In this document: positions 52,867-62,019 of the stretch, one piece after another
Position numbering within the stretch: position 1 is the stretch's first letter
Layout: the number at the start of each line of letters is the position of its first letter
NCBI GenBank assembly: GCA_016184005.1
Contig: JACPDL010000001.1
Coordinates: 829-64,828 of the forward strand
Length of the DNA: 64,000 nucleotides
Source of the DNA: Candidatus Aenigmatarchaeota archaeon
GTDB taxonomy: Archaea; Aenigmatarchaeota; Aenigmatarchaeia; GW2011-AR5
Direction: 5' to 3'
The notes under the pieces: generated by a model
The model's input: the letters and a program-made list of their open reading frames with translations, nothing else
What the model was told of the DNA's origin: nothing
The model's database searches: none
Made by a program: the position numbers and the translations under genes

Positions 52867-52888
52867 GTGCTGGGCTGATGGTTTGGTT
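52867..52888 (+). repeat. Direct repeat DR2 (GTGCTGGGCTGATGGTTTGGTT)
   Basis: See DR1 at 51566..51587. Confidence 0.8.
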
Positions 52889-52941
52889 CGGTGTCAGCCA
52901 GACAATATCTTTATAATTGATGATAATAGAGGAAAATTGTA

Positions 52942-53066
52942 GGGCTTGTAGTCTAGCTTGGTAGGACTCCGGCTTCGGGAACAAATCCCTTTCTTGTAAG
53001 AAAGGTCTTTGTGAACCCCAAAGAACGAATTAGTCGGGAACCTGAGTTCAAATCTCAGCGAGCCCA
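52942..53066 (+). tRNA. tRNA-Pro(CGG) with a canonical 52-nt intron at 37/38 (about 52980..53031)
   Basis: Spliced: GGGCTTG TA GTCT AGCTTGGTA GGAC T CCGGC TTCGGGA GTCGG GAAC CTGAG TTCAAAT CTCAG CGAGCCC A. All stems pair, with one G-U in the acceptor stem. Position 37 is G, as expected for Pro. Confidence 0.85.
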
Positions 53067-53067
53067 T

Positions 53068-53475
53068 TTACATAACTTTTATTATGTATCTTGGATCAAC
53101 TTTGCCTTTTGCAGTGCCGTAATCGAAAGCTTTTTTCCAGAGCTTCAAATCTTTTGATCTGGCTTTGAATTCAACTGCGCCAAATTCTTTTTCTTTAATG
53201 ACTTTTTCCAATTCTATCAGAAAGCGCTTGCCTCTAAAAATAATCAATAGCTTTTTGTAATCTGTAAAATGAACATAGTATCCAAATTTCATAAGTTTTT
53301 CTAGCTTACTTGCAATTTTACCTATCTGTTTATCATCAACTTCTACCGTATTCAGGTGCCAAATTTGTACTTCGTCGCCTTCTATGTTTCGTTCAACTGC
53401 TGAATTTATAATTTTCAACTCTGATAGAATAGAATTATTTTCTAAACTCTCTTTAATTAACCAACCTTTCCACAT
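53068..53475 (-). CDS. Hypothetical protein downstream of hel308
   Basis: A 135-aa ORF that starts 2 nt after the hel308 stop codon. No motif is recognisable. Confidence 0.5.
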   Translation of the reverse strand: MWKGWLIKESLENNSILSELKIINSAVERNIEGDEVQIWHLNTVEVDDKQIGKIASKLEKLMKFGYYVHFTDYKKLLIIFRGKRFLIELEKVIKEKEFGAVEFKARSKDLKLWKKAFDYGTAKGKVDPRYIIKVM

Positions 53476-53477
53476 AG

Positions 53478-55637
53478 TTATTCTCCGAGCTGATCTATGA
53501 TCTGTTTTGCGACGCCTTTGCCTAGGATCTTTTCCAGCTTTTCAGTGGAGTTGCGGATGTCTGCAGCGCCTTTTATGCCGTTCTTGAAGAGCAGGCGTGC
53601 GCGCACGCGGCCGATGCCTTTCAGCTTCACTAACCGCAGCAGTTCTTCCTTCACGCCGTGTTTAATCCGCATCCTCAGCTTGTTCAGGTGATTTGCTATA
53701 GGCCGTTTTTCGAGCAGCAGCGCCAGCTCGCGGGCGGAGTACAGCAGCCATTCTGCATTGGTCACCCTGTTGTGGAGCTCGCCGGGTGCGACGCCATAAG
53801 TATCCATGAGCCTGCCTTCAGGAAACTCATTCATCCAGCCCCTGACGACAATGGAAGTCTTGAACAGGTCTATGAAATCCTCGTAGTCAATGTTCCAGAC
53901 ATCAGGCGTGTTCAGGCCGCATCTTTCCAGTTCGCCTTCGATCTGGTCGTATTCTTTGCTCTTCGCGCGGATCATCGGAAGCATTTCTAGGCATCTGCTG
54001 ATGGTCATTATGTATTCAAGGTCCGTCATGGGCTTGAGATTGGTTATCATCATGTTTGCGGACCATGGATCAACATAGAGTTCGCTCACGCGCCTGCCGA
54101 TTTTTGTGGCCGTGAGCTTCACATCTTTTGCCAGCGAGAAGGCAGGCACGAAGTCTGGAAGGATGAAATCTTCCTTTTCGATCTCGATAAAACTGTAGCT
54201 TTCGAGTTCTGCAAGGATCTTCTCGACCTTCTTCATTACCTGCCCTATGTCGCCGTACTGGTGCGCGAAAAACGTCTTCGAGAAGAATTTCTGGATATCT
54301 TTTTTTGTCTTTGCGGTACCTGAAGCAATCAATGCAAGCAGATGCATCCTGAGAATGGGTTCCGAAGAAAGTTTTGAGTATATAGCCTCCGGCTCACCAA
54401 AGATGTATTTTTCCTTGAGCTCCTCTTTTTCCCTTTCTGATTTAGCGACAAGTATTGCTTCGCCTTCGGTGTCGTAGGCAGGCCGCCCTGCACGGCCGCA
54501 CATCTGCTGCACTTCCAATGCCGGCAAGTAATCAGAGCCGTAGCCTGAGAATCTTTTCATGTCCCTGACAACAACGCGCCAGGCAGGCATGTTTAACCCA
54601 TACGCTAAAGTTGGCGTTGACGCAAGTATCTTTATCAGGCCGTAGCGGAAATTATCTTCGATGATCTTGCGCTGCTTTGCAACAAGCCCTGCGTGATGGA
54701 ATGCAGCGCCCCTGGCAACGATGCCCGCCAGCCTTTTGCACTGCACTGTAGGGGCGGGCAGCGCAGAAGCTATTTCTTTGGAAACTATTTTTAACTTTTC
54801 CTTTTCCTCTTTCGTGAGATTCTTTTCCACGGTAAAGGAAACCTTTTCAGCTGCTGCCTCGCTATTCCTGCGCGTTGAGAGGAAGAGCAGCGCCTGCTTG
54901 CCCCTCTTTACAGTGTCTTCTGTCATTGCAATTTCCGGTTCGAACTTCGAATGTATTTTCAAATCATCCTTGCCATGGTATTCTACTGCCCAGCTGTCTT
55001 TCGCCGGATAGCAGACGCCGGGATAGAGCTTAACGGGCCGAAAATCGCTTCGTACTAATTTTGCATCGAGCCATTTTGCAATCTCATCTGCATTGCTTAT
55101 TGTCGCAGACAGCGCCAAGACCTGGGCATTTGCAAGTTCCTTGAGGCGCGTCAGGACTATTTCCAGCGTCGGCCCCCTGCCCGGATCATTGAGAACGTGT
55201 ATTTCATCGCAGATTATGAGCGATGCGCTGCTTATCCATTTTGCTTCATGGCGCAGCAAGGAATCCATTTTCTCGTTGCTCGCAATTATCAGGTCGTAAT
55301 TTCCAAGCCATTCGCTTTCCTTATCCATGTCGCCGACAGAGAGCGCTATTTTCATGCCGATGCCTGTGTAACGCCTCTTGAACTCCTCGTATTTTTCGCT
55401 GCCCAAAGCGCGCAGCGGCACCAAGTAAACAGTCTTCCCGTGGTTCAGGAAATTCTTCAGGAAAGCCATTTCAGCGATCAGTGTCTTGCCGCTTGCTGTC
55501 GGGGAGGCAATAACAAGATTCTTTCCTTCCAGCAGCCCATTCTCAAGCGCAAGCTTTTGTGGCGGGTTCAGGTTTTCCGCGCCTTTCCTGAGTATATCAA
55601 TGATAGGCCTCGGGAACATGAGGTCTTCGATGCGCAT
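53478..55637 (-). CDS. hel308: Ski2-like (Hel308/Hjm) DNA helicase
   Basis: Walker A is ASPTASGKTLIAE, the DEIH box is ICDEIHVL, the C-terminus has a winged-helix/ratchet region, and the length is 719 aa. Confidence 0.9.
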   Translation of the reverse strand: MRIEDLMFPRPIIDILRKGAENLNPPQKLALENGLLEGKNLVIASPTASGKTLIAEMAFLKNFLNHGKTVYLVPLRALGSEKYEEFKRRYTGIGMKIALSVGDMDKESEWLGNYDLIIASNEKMDSLLRHEAKWISSASLIICDEIHVLNDPGRGPTLEIVLTRLKELANAQVLALSATISNADEIAKWLDAKLVRSDFRPVKLYPGVCYPAKDSWAVEYHGKDDLKIHSKFEPEIAMTEDTVKRGKQALLFLSTRRNSEAAAEKVSFTVEKNLTKEEKEKLKIVSKEIASALPAPTVQCKRLAGIVARGAAFHHAGLVAKQRKIIEDNFRYGLIKILASTPTLAYGLNMPAWRVVVRDMKRFSGYGSDYLPALEVQQMCGRAGRPAYDTEGEAILVAKSEREKEELKEKYIFGEPEAIYSKLSSEPILRMHLLALIASGTAKTKKDIQKFFSKTFFAHQYGDIGQVMKKVEKILAELESYSFIEIEKEDFILPDFVPAFSLAKDVKLTATKIGRRVSELYVDPWSANMMITNLKPMTDLEYIMTISRCLEMLPMIRAKSKEYDQIEGELERCGLNTPDVWNIDYEDFIDLFKTSIVVRGWMNEFPEGRLMDTYGVAPGELHNRVTNAEWLLYSARELALLLEKRPIANHLNKLRMRIKHGVKEELLRLVKLKGIGRVRARLLFKNGIKGAADIRNSTEKLEKILGKGVAKQIIDQLGE

Positions 55638-55668
55638 GGCATAGTTTCCCCCTTAATGCAGAAAAAGC

Positions 55669-56646
55669 TTACTTTTTCCTCTTTACGAGGTAATCGGCGA
55701 AGAAGTACAGGATTTCTTTGAGATTTCGAGGCATTGTGTCAGCTATCTTTTTCGCCTGTGCCGCAAAGCTTTCGGCCTTGTTTCTTGCATACTCAATGGA
55801 TTTGTATTTCTCGAACAATTTCTTTGCAAATGCAACGTCAGCACTTGAGGTTTTCTCAGGGCTTTTGTTGAGTATTTCTATGATTTTTTTCCTTTCTTCC
55901 TTGGTGCATTTTGAAAGGCAGTGAATGACCAGGATGCTTCTTTTTCCTTCCTTTATGTCGCGTCCTATCTCTCCGCGACCCTTGCCTTCTGTCAAATCAA
56001 GGACGTCGTCTGTTATCTGGAATGCGGGGCCGATAAATTTCCCGAATTCTATCATTTTGTTTATCATGTCTTGCTTTGAGCCTGCAGCAACCGCAGCCCC
56101 TACCATTGGTAATGTCAAGTAATGGGCTGTCTTACCCGTGATCATTCTCATATAATCATTCTCAGTTGGCGAGTTGTTATCGCGAAGATTGATGTCCATA
56201 GCCTGACCTTCCGCTGTTTTTATTGCTGCAGTCATTGTAGCTTCTGTTAGCTTCAGGATAGTCTTTTCATCAAAATCTGACTTGAGAATAAGCTCGAAAA
56301 CCTTGTGAGCCATCAGATCTCCTACGTTGATGCCATGTGCGATGCCGTATTTTACCCAGACGGTAGGTTTTTCCCTTCTCATCTTGTCTCCGTCTTCTAT
56401 GTCATCGTGCACGAGTATCCAGTTATGTAACACTTCACATGCAGCTGCGAAAGGAGCAATATTTCTTGGCTCTTTCCCCAGTGCTTCATAAGTCAAAATG
56501 GCAAGTATTGGCCTTATCCTTTTCCCGCCTGTATCAATATGGTATTTAATGGCGTCGTATAAGTTTGGTATGTTTCCTTTGAAAACGTCATTCATAGCGT
56601 CGTCAATCAACTGACCCTTTGAATTAGTTATTTCTTCAATATCCAT
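55669..56646 (-). CDS. idsA: Geranylgeranyl diphosphate synthase (trans-polyprenyl synthetase)
   Basis: The first DDxxD motif is LVHDDIEDGD, and the second is FQITDDVLD. Confidence 0.9.
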   Translation of the reverse strand: MDIEEITNSKGQLIDDAMNDVFKGNIPNLYDAIKYHIDTGGKRIRPILAILTYEALGKEPRNIAPFAAACEVLHNWILVHDDIEDGDKMRREKPTVWVKYGIAHGINVGDLMAHKVFELILKSDFDEKTILKLTEATMTAAIKTAEGQAMDINLRDNNSPTENDYMRMITGKTAHYLTLPMVGAAVAAGSKQDMINKMIEFGKFIGPAFQITDDVLDLTEGKGRGEIGRDIKEGKRSILVIHCLSKCTKEERKKIIEILNKSPEKTSSADVAFAKKLFEKYKSIEYARNKAESFAAQAKKIADTMPRNLKEILYFFADYLVKRKK

Positions 56647-56736
56647 ACAATCCTTCCTGATAACCTAAGTTGACATCAAAGCTTAAAAATAGGGGTTTTT
56701 ATATACGGCCTGAGCTAAATGATATTGGTGAAGTAA

Positions 56737-57012
56737 ATGTCAGCTCCCTATAGACGCGGCTACTCGCATACAAAATCCAAGGGCCATGAATCTACAGTTA
56801 CCTGCAGTTACTGCGGGAAGAGCGTGCCGCGATGGAAAACGTTCACGACGTACAAGGGGTTCCGGATAACAGACCCTGTGCTGAGGAAGCAGATTGATCC
56901 AAGGTTCACGAGCACGTTCAGCAGGAAATTCTACGCATGCCCAAGCTGCGCCAGGTACAGGGGCATTGTCCAGGCCGGCAGGTCGAGAAAAACCAGAAGG
57001 GGGACAGAATGA
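56737..57012 (+). CDS. rps26e: 30S ribosomal protein S26e
   Basis: G(H)...V.C..CGK.VPR.K ... Y.CPSCA is the S26e zinc-binding pattern. Confidence 0.7.
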   Translation: MSAPYRRGYSHTKSKGHESTVTCSYCGKSVPRWKTFTTYKGFRITDPVLRKQIDPRFTSTFSRKFYACPSCARYRGIVQAGRSRKTRRGTE

Positions 57013-58772
57013 AGCTGAAAAGACTATTCGGCAAAAAGAAGCAGAAATCGGATGAAACAAGCGCTGAGGAGCAGAATGAGGAACAGAAGGCAGAGGAGAA
57101 AAAGCTCAAGGAGAAAGAGATCAAGGATAAAAAGCCCCCCCTCAGAGGCTGGCTCTACAGGAAATTTACAAAACAGGACGAAAAACCGAAAACCCGCGCC
57201 GGGCAGCTTCTCCAGACCGTGAAGAACAGGATGCCCAGATACCCGCGTTTCGCTTATTCAGCTCCGCATTCATTTATCTCATTGCCAAAGATAGATGACG
57301 TCAGGTTCAAGTCCGTTATTTATCCGCTAATCAAGCCGTTTGCTTACGCCACAATCCGCTGGGATGAAACAGAGAACACCCTGGTCTACAAAGTCATAGA
57401 GCCCAAGCTCACCGAGAAAGAGGAGATGGTACTGAATAAACTCAAGGAAGGCCTTATCCAGGTCATCAACGTGACACTTGAAGACATAAAGCACGAGGAT
57501 AAAACAATAGAATTCCTTGAAGAGCATGTCAGATTTCTTCTTGGCGAGTACAATTACAAGCTTGGCGAGCAGGAATACATAAAGATCATGTACTTCATAT
57601 TCAGGGATTTTATCGGCCTTAACCAGATAGAACCCCTGCTGAGGGACCCTTACATAGAGGATATAGGCGCCGACGGATTCAAGGTGCCTGTATATGTTGT
57701 GCACCAGCGCTATGGCCCAATTAGAACAAACATTGTATTTAATGACGAGCAAAAACTCAGGGGATTCGTAACTAAACTTGCGGAAAGGTGCGACAGATAC
57801 ATAAGCTATGCAGAACCATTGCTGGACGGCAGCTTGCCAGACGGCTCAAGAATTCAGGCGTCGCTTGCAGGAGACGTCACGACAAGAGGGCCCACATTCT
57901 CGATAAGAAAATTCAGGGAAGTGCCTTTCACTCCTGTTGACATGATCAGGCTCAATACAGTCTCGCCTGAGATGCTGGCTTACCTCTGGTTTATTGTAGA
58001 GCACGGGGCAAACATACTCATTACAGGCGGCGTTGCTACAGGCAAGACATCTATGCTCAACACGCTGTCGCTCTTCATACCGTCTGAGCTGAAGATCGTA
58101 AGCATAGAAGACACAAGAGAACTTGCGCTGCCGCATGAGAACTGGATTCCGGGGGTTGTAAGAACAGGCTTCTCTTCCAGCGGCGTTGGGCAAATAACAA
58201 TGTTCGATCTGCTGAAAGCATCTTTCAGGCAGAATCCAGATTATCTTATCGTTGGTGAAATCCGCGGGAAAGAAGCTTACGTCATGTTCCAATCAATGGC
58301 GTCAGGCCATCCGAGCCTGTCAACCATGCACGCAGGCAGCGTTGAAGATGTCATCAAGAGATTGCAGACCAAACCAATAGACTTGTCACCAAGCCTGATA
58401 GGCAGCCTTGATGTTGTACTGGTAATGGTTCATGCGCGCGAAAAAGGCAAATCTGCGCGCAGGGCAAAAGAAATAGTCGAAATAGAAAACGTGGACTCTG
58501 AAACAGGAAACGCCAGGACACTGAAAATATTTGTATGGCTTCCTGCAGCAGATATTTTTGAATACAGGGGCAACTCATGGCTTCTAAATAAGATATCGTC
58601 AGAGAAAGGCATAACGATGGACAGGATAATGAAGGACATAACGAGGCGCAAAAGGCTGCTTATGTGGATGGTAGAAAACAATGTAACGAACATACAGGAT
58701 GCCAGCAAATACCTTTCGCTCTGCAGAAAAGACCCCGAGAAAATAGAAAGCCTTATTTCCCAGAACAGATAA
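57009..58772 (+). CDS. Type IV pilus/archaellum-type assembly ATPase (FlaI/ArlI/TadA-like, GspE superfamily) with a K/E-rich N-terminal extension
   Basis: Walker A is ITGGVATGKTS, followed by IEDTRELALPH and VGEIRGKEA. Its start overlaps the rps26e stop codon (ATGA). The track ORF extension from 56937 lies inside rps26e. Confidence 0.9.
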   Translation: MKLKRLFGKKKQKSDETSAEEQNEEQKAEEKKLKEKEIKDKKPPLRGWLYRKFTKQDEKPKTRAGQLLQTVKNRMPRYPRFAYSAPHSFISLPKIDDVRFKSVIYPLIKPFAYATIRWDETENTLVYKVIEPKLTEKEEMVLNKLKEGLIQVINVTLEDIKHEDKTIEFLEEHVRFLLGEYNYKLGEQEYIKIMYFIFRDFIGLNQIEPLLRDPYIEDIGADGFKVPVYVVHQRYGPIRTNIVFNDEQKLRGFVTKLAERCDRYISYAEPLLDGSLPDGSRIQASLAGDVTTRGPTFSIRKFREVPFTPVDMIRLNTVSPEMLAYLWFIVEHGANILITGGVATGKTSMLNTLSLFIPSELKIVSIEDTRELALPHENWIPGVVRTGFSSSGVGQITMFDLLKASFRQNPDYLIVGEIRGKEAYVMFQSMASGHPSLSTMHAGSVEDVIKRLQTKPIDLSPSLIGSLDVVLVMVHAREKGKSARRAKEIVEIENVDSETGNARTLKIFVWLPAADIFEYRGNSWLLNKISSEKGITMDRIMKDITRRKRLLMWMVENNVTNIQDASKYLSLCRKDPEKIESLISQNR

Positions 58773-58787
58773 TAGACACCTATTCAT

Positions 58788-58867
58788 CTTCGGAGAAACG
58801 AAGTCTCTCCGAGATTCCGAAATCCTTTGGATTTCGAGAATTCCAGAAAGCTGCGCTTTTTGAGAAT
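58788..58867 (+). repeat. Family-6 array of three hairpin modules after the ATPase stop codon
   Basis: CTTCGGAGAAACGAAGTCTCTCCGAGATTCCGAAATCCTTTGGATTTCGAGAATTCCAGAAAGCTGCGCTTTTTGAGAAT. Confidence 0.85.
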
Positions 58868-58921
58868 ACTGGATTAATTTAGCAGGTTTCTATGAATTCC
58901 ATATAAAACTTTTTTAACGGG

Positions 58922-59605
58922 ATGCAGATGAAAAGAATTACTACCGGCATAGATGGCCTGGATAATTTACTTGAAGGAGGAATCCCTGAAAGAAGCCTCA
59001 TTCTTCTGAGCGGCACAAGCGGCACCGGCAAAACAGTTTTCAGCCTGCAGTTTCTGTATAATGTTGCGAAATACGAGCCCGGCATATTCGTGAGCTTTGA
59101 GGAGGACATATCAAAGATAAAAGAAATGGCCGAAGTCTTCGGCTGGGATATTGAAAGGTATGAAAACGAAAACAAGCTCAGGTTCCTGCGGTACGATCCA
59201 TTCAGGATCGAGGATATACTTGAAGTCATTGAGAACAACATAAGGGAAATAGGCGCAAAGAGGGTTGTCATAGACTCGATATCAGCCATAGGTTTGTACA
59301 TGCGCGACCCGCCGGAAATAAGAAGAATGATACTTCAAATAAGCAACACCCTCAGGAAAAACAACTGCACTGCAGTTCTCACATGCGACATTCTTGCAGG
59401 AAAAGAATCCCTTTCAAGATTCGGCGTCGAGGAATTCGTCGTTGACGGCCTTGTGCTGCTTCACAACTCCCTTGATAAAGAAGAGTACAAGAGATCAATA
59501 AACATATGGAAGATGCCTTCTACAAACCATTCACGAAAAATTCATCCTTACAGCATCACAAAAGAAGGCTTTATAGTCCATTCGAAAGAAGTTGTGAGGA
59601 AATAG
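58922..59605 (+). CDS. KaiC/RecA-like ATPase (ArlH/FlaH-like)
   Basis: TGIDGLDNLLEGGIP...LLSGTSGTGKT (Walker A). Confidence 0.8.
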   Translation: MQMKRITTGIDGLDNLLEGGIPERSLILLSGTSGTGKTVFSLQFLYNVAKYEPGIFVSFEEDISKIKEMAEVFGWDIERYENENKLRFLRYDPFRIEDILEVIENNIREIGAKRVVIDSISAIGLYMRDPPEIRRMILQISNTLRKNNCTAVLTCDILAGKESLSRFGVEEFVVDGLVLLHNSLDKEEYKRSINIWKMPSTNHSRKIHPYSITKEGFIVHSKEVVRK

Positions 59606-59609
59606 TGCC

Positions 59610-60476
59610 ATGTACAAGACATCGGTAAGGGCTCTTGGTAACTTTGGTGCACGCTACTTTTCTAATTATTTCGGCTCACTAAAGGAAGAAATTATCAAGT
59701 CAAACCTCTCGATACTCTACGAGATATACATAGGAAAGATGCTTCTCCTGACAATTGCGTCTTTCTTTGCTTCTCTGTTCGGGATAACGTTTGTTTTCAT
59801 ATACTTTGTCCAGCTGCCGTTGTTATTTGCAGTTGCAAGCGGATTCGTCGGCGCTGCCGCGGCAAGCGCCACCACCCTGTCCCTTTTCTACTCCTATCCC
59901 TTCCACCAGCTGACCACGAAAAAAACAAGCATCGAATCAAACATGCCCTTTGCAATAAACCACATGTCAGCAATAGCTTCGAGCGGAGTGGCGCCTTTCG
60001 TGGTATTCAAGCTGCTGATGAACATAAAGGAGTACGGAGAAATAACCCATGAATTCCAGCGCATAGTAAGGAACACAGAACTCTTCGGCATGGATATACT
60101 GACGTCGATAAAAAACGTGGCCGACAGGACCCCTTCGCCCCAATTCAAGCAATTCCTTTACGGCATAGTCTCTACCATAACAAGCGGCGGCGACATGAAG
60201 GTGTTCCTTGACAATTCGGGCAAGGAAGCGCTCTTTGACTACCGGCTGAAGAGAGAAAAATACCTCCAGACACTCTCTACATACGCGGACTTCTACACGG
60301 CAGTTCTAATAGCGGCGCCGCTTTTCTTTGTGTCAATACTCTCAATAATGTCGCTTATTGGGGGAAATATACTCGGGCTGAGCATACCAACGGCAATGCG
60401 CCTCGGCATTTATATATTGATACCTGCGATGAACATGATATTCCTCCTGTTCGTGCATTATACGCAACCCAGGTGA
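59610..60476 (+). CDS. Type II secretion system F-domain membrane platform protein, half 1 (TadB/FlaJ-like)
   Basis: It is polytopic with a single T2SSF-like cytoplasmic domain (MPFAINHMSAIASSG...). Confidence 0.75.
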   Translation: MYKTSVRALGNFGARYFSNYFGSLKEEIIKSNLSILYEIYIGKMLLLTIASFFASLFGITFVFIYFVQLPLLFAVASGFVGAAAASATTLSLFYSYPFHQLTTKKTSIESNMPFAINHMSAIASSGVAPFVVFKLLMNIKEYGEITHEFQRIVRNTELFGMDILTSIKNVADRTPSPQFKQFLYGIVSTITSGGDMKVFLDNSGKEALFDYRLKREKYLQTLSTYADFYTAVLIAAPLFFVSILSIMSLIGGNILGLSIPTAMRLGIYILIPAMNMIFLLFVHYTQPR

Positions 60477-61333
60477 TTGTTCTGGCCATAATAAAACAAA
60501 AAAAGAAGAAAGAAGAAAAGAAGTTTGCTGTCCAGAAAAAGAGAGACCTGAAGCAGATAAGCCTGATCACCATAGTCATAGGACTGATAATAACATACGT
60601 AAACTTGCAGGTCTTTGTCTCGATCCCGCAAATATTCTCCATTGTCAACCTTATTGCTGTCGTAGTGGTACTTGGAGTGCCGTTGCTCGTAAAATACTCT
60701 GATTATTCGCAAATCAAGAAACTCGAGAACTATTTCCCGAAGCTGATGCGGGATATCACCGAGAACATACGGACAGGAATGACCCTGCCGCAGGCAATAC
60801 GCGCCGCAAGTTCGAACAACTACGACGTTCTATCAGCGTATGTCAAGGAATTGAACGCAAAGATTTCGTGGGGCATCCCGTTTGATACGGCGCTTATGGA
60901 TTTTGCAGACAAAACACGGAGCGATTCGATAAGAAGAACCGTGCAGACAGTGATAGAAGCCCACAGGTCCGGCGGCACGATAGAGACAGTCATGGAAGCC
61001 GTGGTGGAGTCACTCCGGGAGCTCGAGAAGATAAAGAAAGAGCGTTCTGCAAGCGTATATTCCCAGATGATAAACGGCTACCTGATCTACATAGTCTTCC
61101 TTGGAGTCATGGTAGGCATGTCGGCATTCCTGATACCGACGTTCCAGTTCGAGAACGCGCAGAGCGACTTGCGCACAATCTTCAGCGAACTTTTCAGGAA
61201 CCTCATAATCATACAGGGCTTCTTTGCAGGCATAGCAATCGGCAAAATGGCTGAAGGGAACGTATCAGCCGGCATAAAGCACTCAATGGTGCTGGTTATA
61301 TTCGGCTATACTGTGTTCTTGTTTTTTGGATAA
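60473..61333 (+). CDS. Type II secretion system F-domain membrane platform protein, half 2 (TadC/FlaJ-like)
   Basis: Its GTG start overlaps the upstream stop codon (GTGA). The pattern FPKLMRDITENIRTGMTLPQAI...SGG is T2SSF-like. Confidence 0.75.
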   Translation: MIVLAIIKQKKKKEEKKFAVQKKRDLKQISLITIVIGLIITYVNLQVFVSIPQIFSIVNLIAVVVVLGVPLLVKYSDYSQIKKLENYFPKLMRDITENIRTGMTLPQAIRAASSNNYDVLSAYVKELNAKISWGIPFDTALMDFADKTRSDSIRRTVQTVIEAHRSGGTIETVMEAVVESLRELEKIKKERSASVYSQMINGYLIYIVFLGVMVGMSAFLIPTFQFENAQSDLRTIFSELFRNLIIIQGFFAGIAIGKMAEGNVSAGIKHSMVLVIFGYTVFLFFG

Positions 61334-61401
61334 ATAGAGAGTAAAATCCTAGACGTTGAAGATATTTAGTTTTTAAGCCATATAAGAGTAAAATAAACCT
61401 T

Positions 61402-61887
61402 ATGAAACCAAAGACTCTAAAAAGAATCTTAAAAAGATTTCAAAAACTGCCTTTGCATCATATTGACACTGATATTTTTGTAGAAGCCATTAGAGAAACG
61501 AAATTAGGAAATATTTGTACAGACTATATCAACAGGATTGGTTACAAATATAGAGGGACTGTATCTTTATCAGTTCTGGGCGAATTTTTGCTCATAACAA
61601 TAAGAGATACAAAAAACCCCGAAGACAGAGAGCTTGCTTTTAGGATATTTGACCGTATACTGAAGAAACAGAAAATAGGCTTCATAACACCAGAAATAGA
61701 AGCATACGAAACAGCGCTGAAAATTATCCGCGTAGATTCAAGAATTGAGCAAACAGATGCTCTGCATTATGCATTAGCAGTTCAAGAGAAAGCAGACACG
61801 TTTGTTACATTTGACCAAAAAATGGTAGGGAATATACGTTTAGAGAAAGAATTTGGAGTGAAAATTATTCATCCAGAAAACTTATAA
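61402..61887 (+). CDS. PIN-domain nuclease (VapC-like)
   Basis: The acidic residues sit in the contexts HIDTDIF, LGEF, EQTDALH and VTFDQK. Confidence 0.75.
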   Translation: MKPKTLKRILKRFQKLPLHHIDTDIFVEAIRETKLGNICTDYINRIGYKYRGTVSLSVLGEFLLITIRDTKNPEDRELAFRIFDRILKKQKIGFITPEIEAYETALKIIRVDSRIEQTDALHYALAVQEKADTFVTFDQKMVGNIRLEKEFGVKIIHPENL

Positions 61888-62019
61888 TTTGACTTTATCA
61901 AAAATATGCCTGCGTCTAGCCTCTTTCACTAATTTATCTAGCTCTGGATCGTCAAAAAGTTTTCTTTTTGGCTGCATAACTCCTATAAGCAACTTAGAGT
62001 TTAAAAGCTTGTTCCAGCT

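Noticed and set aside
51566-52888. The Fic cassette as an integrated provirus or mobile island.
   Set aside because: It carries only one gene and no integrase, recombinase or structural genes. The 22-nt direct repeats are reported as a finding, but a mobile-element call is not supported.
61882-61977. A 31-aa minus-strand ORF (MQPKRKLFDDPELDKLVKEARRRHIFDKVKL), considered as a possible antitoxin for the PIN gene.
   Set aside because: It is convergent with, and overlaps the 3' end of, the PIN gene, whereas VapB normally precedes VapC on the same strand. It is too short and has no RHH, AbrB or Phd motif.
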